Assembly (NCBI GenBank): GCA_965205975.1
Contig: OZ242195.1
Coordinates: 1,568,001 to 1,632,000, forward strand
Origin: Candidatus Latescibacterota bacterium
GTDB lineage: Bacteria; Latescibacterota; UBA2968
Length of the DNA: 64,000 nt
Reading direction: 5' to 3'
The position numbers were made by a program, and so were the translations under genes. A model generated the notes under the pieces. It was not told the DNA's origin and did not search any database. It saw nothing but the letters and a program-made list of their open reading frames with translations. Below are positions 59,750 to 64,000 of the stretch, one piece after another; the stretch's first letter is position 1; every line of letters begins with the position of its first letter.

Positions 59750-60208
59750 TTAATCGCTAAAAATATCACTCGCCCCACTTAAAACATCTGCGGTGACCTC
59801 TCCCTCTTTCATCACCATCTTCACCTGCCGCAAGCATGCGATATCTTCAAACGGATTGCCGTCCAGTGCAATCACATCTGCGAACATCCCAACACCGAGA
59901 TGCCCAACGCAATCCGCCATGCCCAACATCTCAGCCGTATTCGTCGTTACCGCCTTCAACGCATCCAGATCGAAATGCGCGCTCAAAGGCAAATGGAACC
60001 GATTGTTAATCGTAATATGCACATGAGAATCAATCAACGCTGGCATTACAGTATATGACGAGCAATCCACCACCTCGGCGTTTGGAGGTACATCTACTTC
60101 CGTTCCAACACCAATTACGCGGCCTTTATCTACCACGACCATCCCCTGCGGAACAGGTACACAATCGGGATGAACAATCAACAAGTTGGATTTAATCACT
60201 TTTGACAT
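59750..60208 (-). pseudogene. Amidohydrolase with a large in-frame internal deletion
   Basis: N-terminal PALIDSHVH joined almost directly to C-terminal ALKAVT..TAEMLG...ADVIALDGNP; only 152 aa. Confidence 0.8.
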
Positions 60209-60277
60209 GATTATTTTGTTTGTATAATGTAGGTGGAACAACAAAACACCGTCATATTGATCACCGGAGATCTATTC

Positions 60278-61543
60278 ATGCAATTTGGCATCTTTTACGA
60301 ACACCAGATCCCCCGTCCCTGGGCAGAAGGCGAAGAACACCAGCTTTTCAAAGACGCACTCGAGCAAGTCGAAGTCGCAGATCGGATTGACATTGAATAT
60401 GTTTGGGAAGTTGAACATCACTTTTTGGAAGAATATTCCCACTCCTCAGCCCCCGAAGTCTTTCTCGCCGCATGTAGCCAACGCTCGAAAAATATCCGCC
60501 TGGGACACGGCATTGTACTCATGCCCCCCAATTACAACCATCCGGCTCGCGTTGCCGAACGCATCGCAACCCTCGACCTGATCAGCGACGGACGCGTCGA
60601 ATGGGGCACGGGTGAATCGGCCTCGCGCGCAGAACTCGAAGGATTCAACGTACCACCCGGAGAAAAAAAAGCAATGTGGGCGGAAACCGTACGGGAAACC
60701 GCCAAAATGCTCGCATCAGACCCGTATCCCGGATATGACGGCGAATTTTTCTCAATGCCCGAACGCAACGTCTTGCCCAAACCCCTGCAAAAACCCCACC
60801 CACCGCTATGGGTCGCCTGTTCCAACCGCGAAAGCATTCGCTGGGCGGGAAAACACGGCATTGGCGCGCTCACCTTCGCCTTTATCGAACCCGAAGACGC
60901 CAAATACTGGGTTGACGAATACTACACCGCATTTGAAAACGAATGCGAACCCCTCGGACAAGCCGTCAACCCCACCATCGCTATGGTCGCCGGATTTATG
61001 TGTCACGAAAACGGGGAAAAAGCGCGAGCACAGGGCCTCGAAGGATTCCAATTTTTCGGCTATGCACTCTCCCATTACTACCGCCACGGGACTCACATTC
61101 CCGGCGAATTTGACATCTGGGCAGACTTCCAGCAAAACAAACCCGAACGGAAAAAAGGTTCGGGATCGGGCTGCATTGGCTCCCCGGACGAAATACGCGC
61201 TCACCTCGAATCAATGGAAGATATCGGCGTCGATCAGGTCGTCTTCCTGCAGCAAGCTGGCAACAACAGACACGATCATATATGCGAATCTCTCGAATGT
61301 TTCGCACAAAATGTATTGCCAGAATTCAAAGTGCGACACGAAATATACGCCGCACAAAAAGCAGAACGGCTCGGCCCCGCCATCGAAAAAGCACTTACTA
61401 AAATTCCACCAATTGACAAACCCAAATCCACACCCTTCGAAGCCTATCCACTCTCAAAATCACCCGACGAAAAGCAAGAAGACCTCGAAATTGTGGAATC
61501 TGTTGCGGGAAAAAGACAAAAGAAGACAGCGAATCAACGATAG
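60278..61543 (+). CDS. LLM-class (luciferase-like) flavin-dependent oxidoreductase
   Basis: GGAG RBS before ATG 60278; WEVEHHF, HPARVAERIATLD, PKPLQKPHPPLWVA. Confidence 0.93.
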   Translation: MQFGIFYEHQIPRPWAEGEEHQLFKDALEQVEVADRIDIEYVWEVEHHFLEEYSHSSAPEVFLAACSQRSKNIRLGHGIVLMPPNYNHPARVAERIATLDLISDGRVEWGTGESASRAELEGFNVPPGEKKAMWAETVRETAKMLASDPYPGYDGEFFSMPERNVLPKPLQKPHPPLWVACSNRESIRWAGKHGIGALTFAFIEPEDAKYWVDEYYTAFENECEPLGQAVNPTIAMVAGFMCHENGEKARAQGLEGFQFFGYALSHYYRHGTHIPGEFDIWADFQQNKPERKKGSGSGCIGSPDEIRAHLESMEDIGVDQVVFLQQAGNNRHDHICESLECFAQNVLPEFKVRHEIYAAQKAERLGPAIEKALTKIPPIDKPKSTPFEAYPLSKSPDEKQEDLEIVESVAGKRQKKTANQR

Positions 61544-61598
61544 CAGTTGGGTGGTAGGGCGGGGTTGGTCTATGAACTGGTCTGGGAAACGACCAGTT

Positions 61599-62816
61599 TT
61601 ATCCCGCTCCGTCTATTCGTCCAATCGCCTCGCGCACCGCTTCTATTGTATCTTCAATATCCGCCTCTGTATGGGCAAGAGAGAGAAACATCGGATGCGA
61701 GGGATGTAAGTAATACCCCTGAGCAAGACATCCCCGCAACATCTCCATGCAGCGGTCGCGGTCAGAATCTTCCATCACGGGACGCGGCATTGGCCCAACG
61801 CCAATGAGCCGATAACTCAGCCCTCCTGCTTTGCACACCGCGTTGATACCTTCAATCAACCGATTCCCAATCTTCCATTGATAGGCAATGCCATTGCGCC
61901 TCTGCAGTTCCCCTATCACGACCTCCATAGCCGTCAAACTGAGCGGATCTCCGTGTGCAGTGGCTGTCATCCACACATACTGGCACGCTTTTGACGCCAG
62001 AATCTCGCGCTTCCCGGCAATAAAACTTCCGGCATACCCATTGCAACACGCTTTGCCAAACGTCGCAATATCGGGTACAACCCCATAATACTCACCCGCG
62101 CCGCCCATTGCCACGCGAAACCCCACCTTTGTCTCATCAAACACGCAGATTGCTCCGTGGGCATGCGCCAGATCCACGCATCCTTGCAAAAACCCATCTG
62201 GTGGTCCCCCCGCTTGAATCGTCTCCATCACCACACACGCCACCTGATTGTCATACTTTTTCAAACGCGATTCCAAAGCGTCTAAATCGCCGTAGGGAAC
62301 CGCACAGGTCAACTCGCTGACGGATTTCGGGACACCCTCATCGTCCGGACGCGCCCAATCGTGCCAGCCGTGATACCCGCACATAATCACTCTATCGCGT
62401 CCTGTATATACCCGCGCCAGTCGCACCGCGCTTGAAGTCGCTGCACTGCCCCCAATAAAAAACCCCACCACCCCAGCCCCCGGGATAACTTCGATGAGCA
62501 ATTCTGCAACCGTCAACTCCCGGGGATGAGCCAGACCGTACACCGTGCCATTCGCCATTTGCTCCTGTACTGCACGGCATACAGCAGGGTCATCATACCC
62601 CAGAACAATCGGCCCAAAACCCATTAAATAATCCAAATACACATTGCCATCCACATCCCAAAACCGCGCCCCCGATGCGCGCTGGACAAATGTGGGATAG
62701 CCCATGTCCGCCTGGCGAAAAATATTCTTATGCGGAATGTATCCGCGCAACAGAACATCGTCATAGCGATTCAGCAGAGCCTTTGACTTTTCAATGGTGT
62801 GATTTTCTTTTGACAT
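61599..62816 (-). CDS. Class III PLP aminotransferase (GSA aminomutase-like)
   Basis: WDVDGNVYLDY, GYHGWHDW, FDETKVGFR, PDIATFGK. Confidence 0.9.
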   Translation of the reverse strand: MSKENHTIEKSKALLNRYDDVLLRGYIPHKNIFRQADMGYPTFVQRASGARFWDVDGNVYLDYLMGFGPIVLGYDDPAVCRAVQEQMANGTVYGLAHPRELTVAELLIEVIPGAGVVGFFIGGSAATSSAVRLARVYTGRDRVIMCGYHGWHDWARPDDEGVPKSVSELTCAVPYGDLDALESRLKKYDNQVACVVMETIQAGGPPDGFLQGCVDLAHAHGAICVFDETKVGFRVAMGGAGEYYGVVPDIATFGKACCNGYAGSFIAGKREILASKACQYVWMTATAHGDPLSLTAMEVVIGELQRRNGIAYQWKIGNRLIEGINAVCKAGGLSYRLIGVGPMPRPVMEDSDRDRCMEMLRGCLAQGYYLHPSHPMFLSLAHTEADIEDTIEAVREAIGRIDGAG

Positions 62817-62987
62817 TTATTGACCTCCCCCACGCGTAAATTGAACCTCTTTTTCTAACAAATAAACTTATCGCACAGACACAAGCACAAAATAGACTGC
62901 TTCCACGCTCCTATTGTACTTGCCCCCCGTCTTTTCTTACCTTATCCTATTTTGATAGGATCGCCCTCACCCCTCACAGGATAATTT

Positions 62988-64000
62988 ATGCCACGCGAAC
63001 TCATCGCAGACCGACCGGGACACACGGCATTGCGAGAATACGATGAAGCCCCCTTAAAACCCGATCAAGTGCGTGCAAAATCCTTATTTTCAGCGGTAAA
63101 ACACGGTACTGAATTTCGGGGATTTCAGGCCAATACCCTCGATGCGTCCGATGTTTTTAGCTGGGAATGGCGCATGCACCTGCGCGGACAAAAACAGAAA
63201 GATGCGTTTCCAAAACGGCTGGGCAATATGTATGTCGCCGAAGTGACAGACATGGGACAAGACGTGTCCAATATTCGGGTGGGAGATCGGATTTTTGGTC
63301 ATGGTCCCGTTCGAGAGACGCATATACTCTCGGCGGATCGCGTAGAAAAAGCACCGGATAGAGTTCCGTGGCAGGCTCTAATGGCTACAGATCCCGCGGG
63401 CGTTGCCCTCGGTGGCATCAGAGATGCCAATATTCGCATTGGGGATCGCGTCGCTGTCTTTGGTCTGGGGGCGATTGGATTGATGTCCGTACAACTCGCC
63501 CGCATTGCCGGCGCGCGCTGGGTCGCGGCAATTGACCCCATTGAAAAGCGGTGTCTGATATCCGAAGCCTACGGCGCGGACCTCGTCCTGGACCCGCGCG
63601 AAGCCGATGTGGGCATGGTCATTAAGCAAGCCACCGCAAAACTCGGCGTCGATGTATCTATGGAAACCAGCGGATCATCCGCTGCAATGACCGACGCCCT
63701 GCGTTCAACGCGCTATCAGGGCACCGTTGTATCCACAGCCTATTACAACGCCCCCATGCAAAATCTGCATTTAACCGGCGAATGGCATCGCAATCGAATT
63801 CGCATTATATCCGTGAGATCCGACAGCGAACCCTGGCTGGATTACGGCTGGGACAAAAAGCGCGGAAATAAAGAAGCCTACGACTTGCTCGTTGAAGGCC
63901 GTCTAAACGCCGAGGGCTTAATCGATCCCATCGTGCCATTTAATCGCGTTGCCGAAGCCTATATGCAAATGAACGAACATCCCGAAACGGGCATCAAACT
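62988..64000 (+). CDS. Zinc-binding (MDR) alcohol dehydrogenase-like protein, runs off window
   Basis: Not in the ORF track (no stop in window); MPRELIADRPG...KHGTE...GDRVAVFGLGAIGL. Confidence 0.88.
   Translation, partial: MPRELIADRPGHTALREYDEAPLKPDQVRAKSLFSAVKHGTEFRGFQANTLDASDVFSWEWRMHLRGQKQKDAFPKRLGNMYVAEVTDMGQDVSNIRVGDRIFGHGPVRETHILSADRVEKAPDRVPWQALMATDPAGVALGGIRDANIRIGDRVAVFGLGAIGLMSVQLARIAGARWVAAIDPIEKRCLISEAYGADLVLDPREADVGMVIKQATAKLGVDVSMETSGSSAAMTDALRSTRYQGTVVSTAYYNAPMQNLHLTGEWHRNRIRIISVRSDSEPWLDYGWDKKRGNKEAYDLLVEGRLNAEGLIDPIVPFNRVAEAYMQMNEHPETGIK

Noticed and set aside
60612..61709. 365-aa ORF overlapping the LLM gene
   Set aside because: Alternate-frame ORF with low-complexity composition inside a well-supported gene

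Overview
Bacterial window with a tRNA-Phe (2359-2434) followed by ~54 kb of accessory DNA, then housekeeping and metabolic genes from ~57.0 kb. The gene content resembles that of marine or sponge-associated Latescibacterota/Gemmatimonadota-like bacteria; this is inference, not a taxonomic call. The accessory region has four parts. (i) A sigma54-promoter-led operon encodes a tyrosine recombinase catalytic domain fused to a P-loop ATPase and two TM helices, a YdjM-type membrane hydrolase, an orphan HlyD-like adaptor and an FGE/SUMF1 protein. (ii) A decayed zone holds type III-D CRISPR RAMP fragments, IS3 and IS256 debris and an orphan MNT. (iii) Three ~1070-aa sigma54 enhancer-binding proteins (bEBPs) carry an HTCS-like beta-propeller/Y_Y_Y sensor with no signal peptide or TM helix. 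(iv) Four giant GC-rich modular surface proteins share near-identical DNA modules but have different N-terminal tips and one of two export tails (autotransporter-like barrel or FlgD/T9SS-like CTD). Five consensus sigma54 -24/-12 boxes and three families of phased palindromes (candidate enhancers) are readable directly. They suggest a repeated 'sensor-bEBP -> enhancer -> sigma54 promoter -> shuffled surface protein' unit. All domain calls are by motif recognition only; no searches were run.
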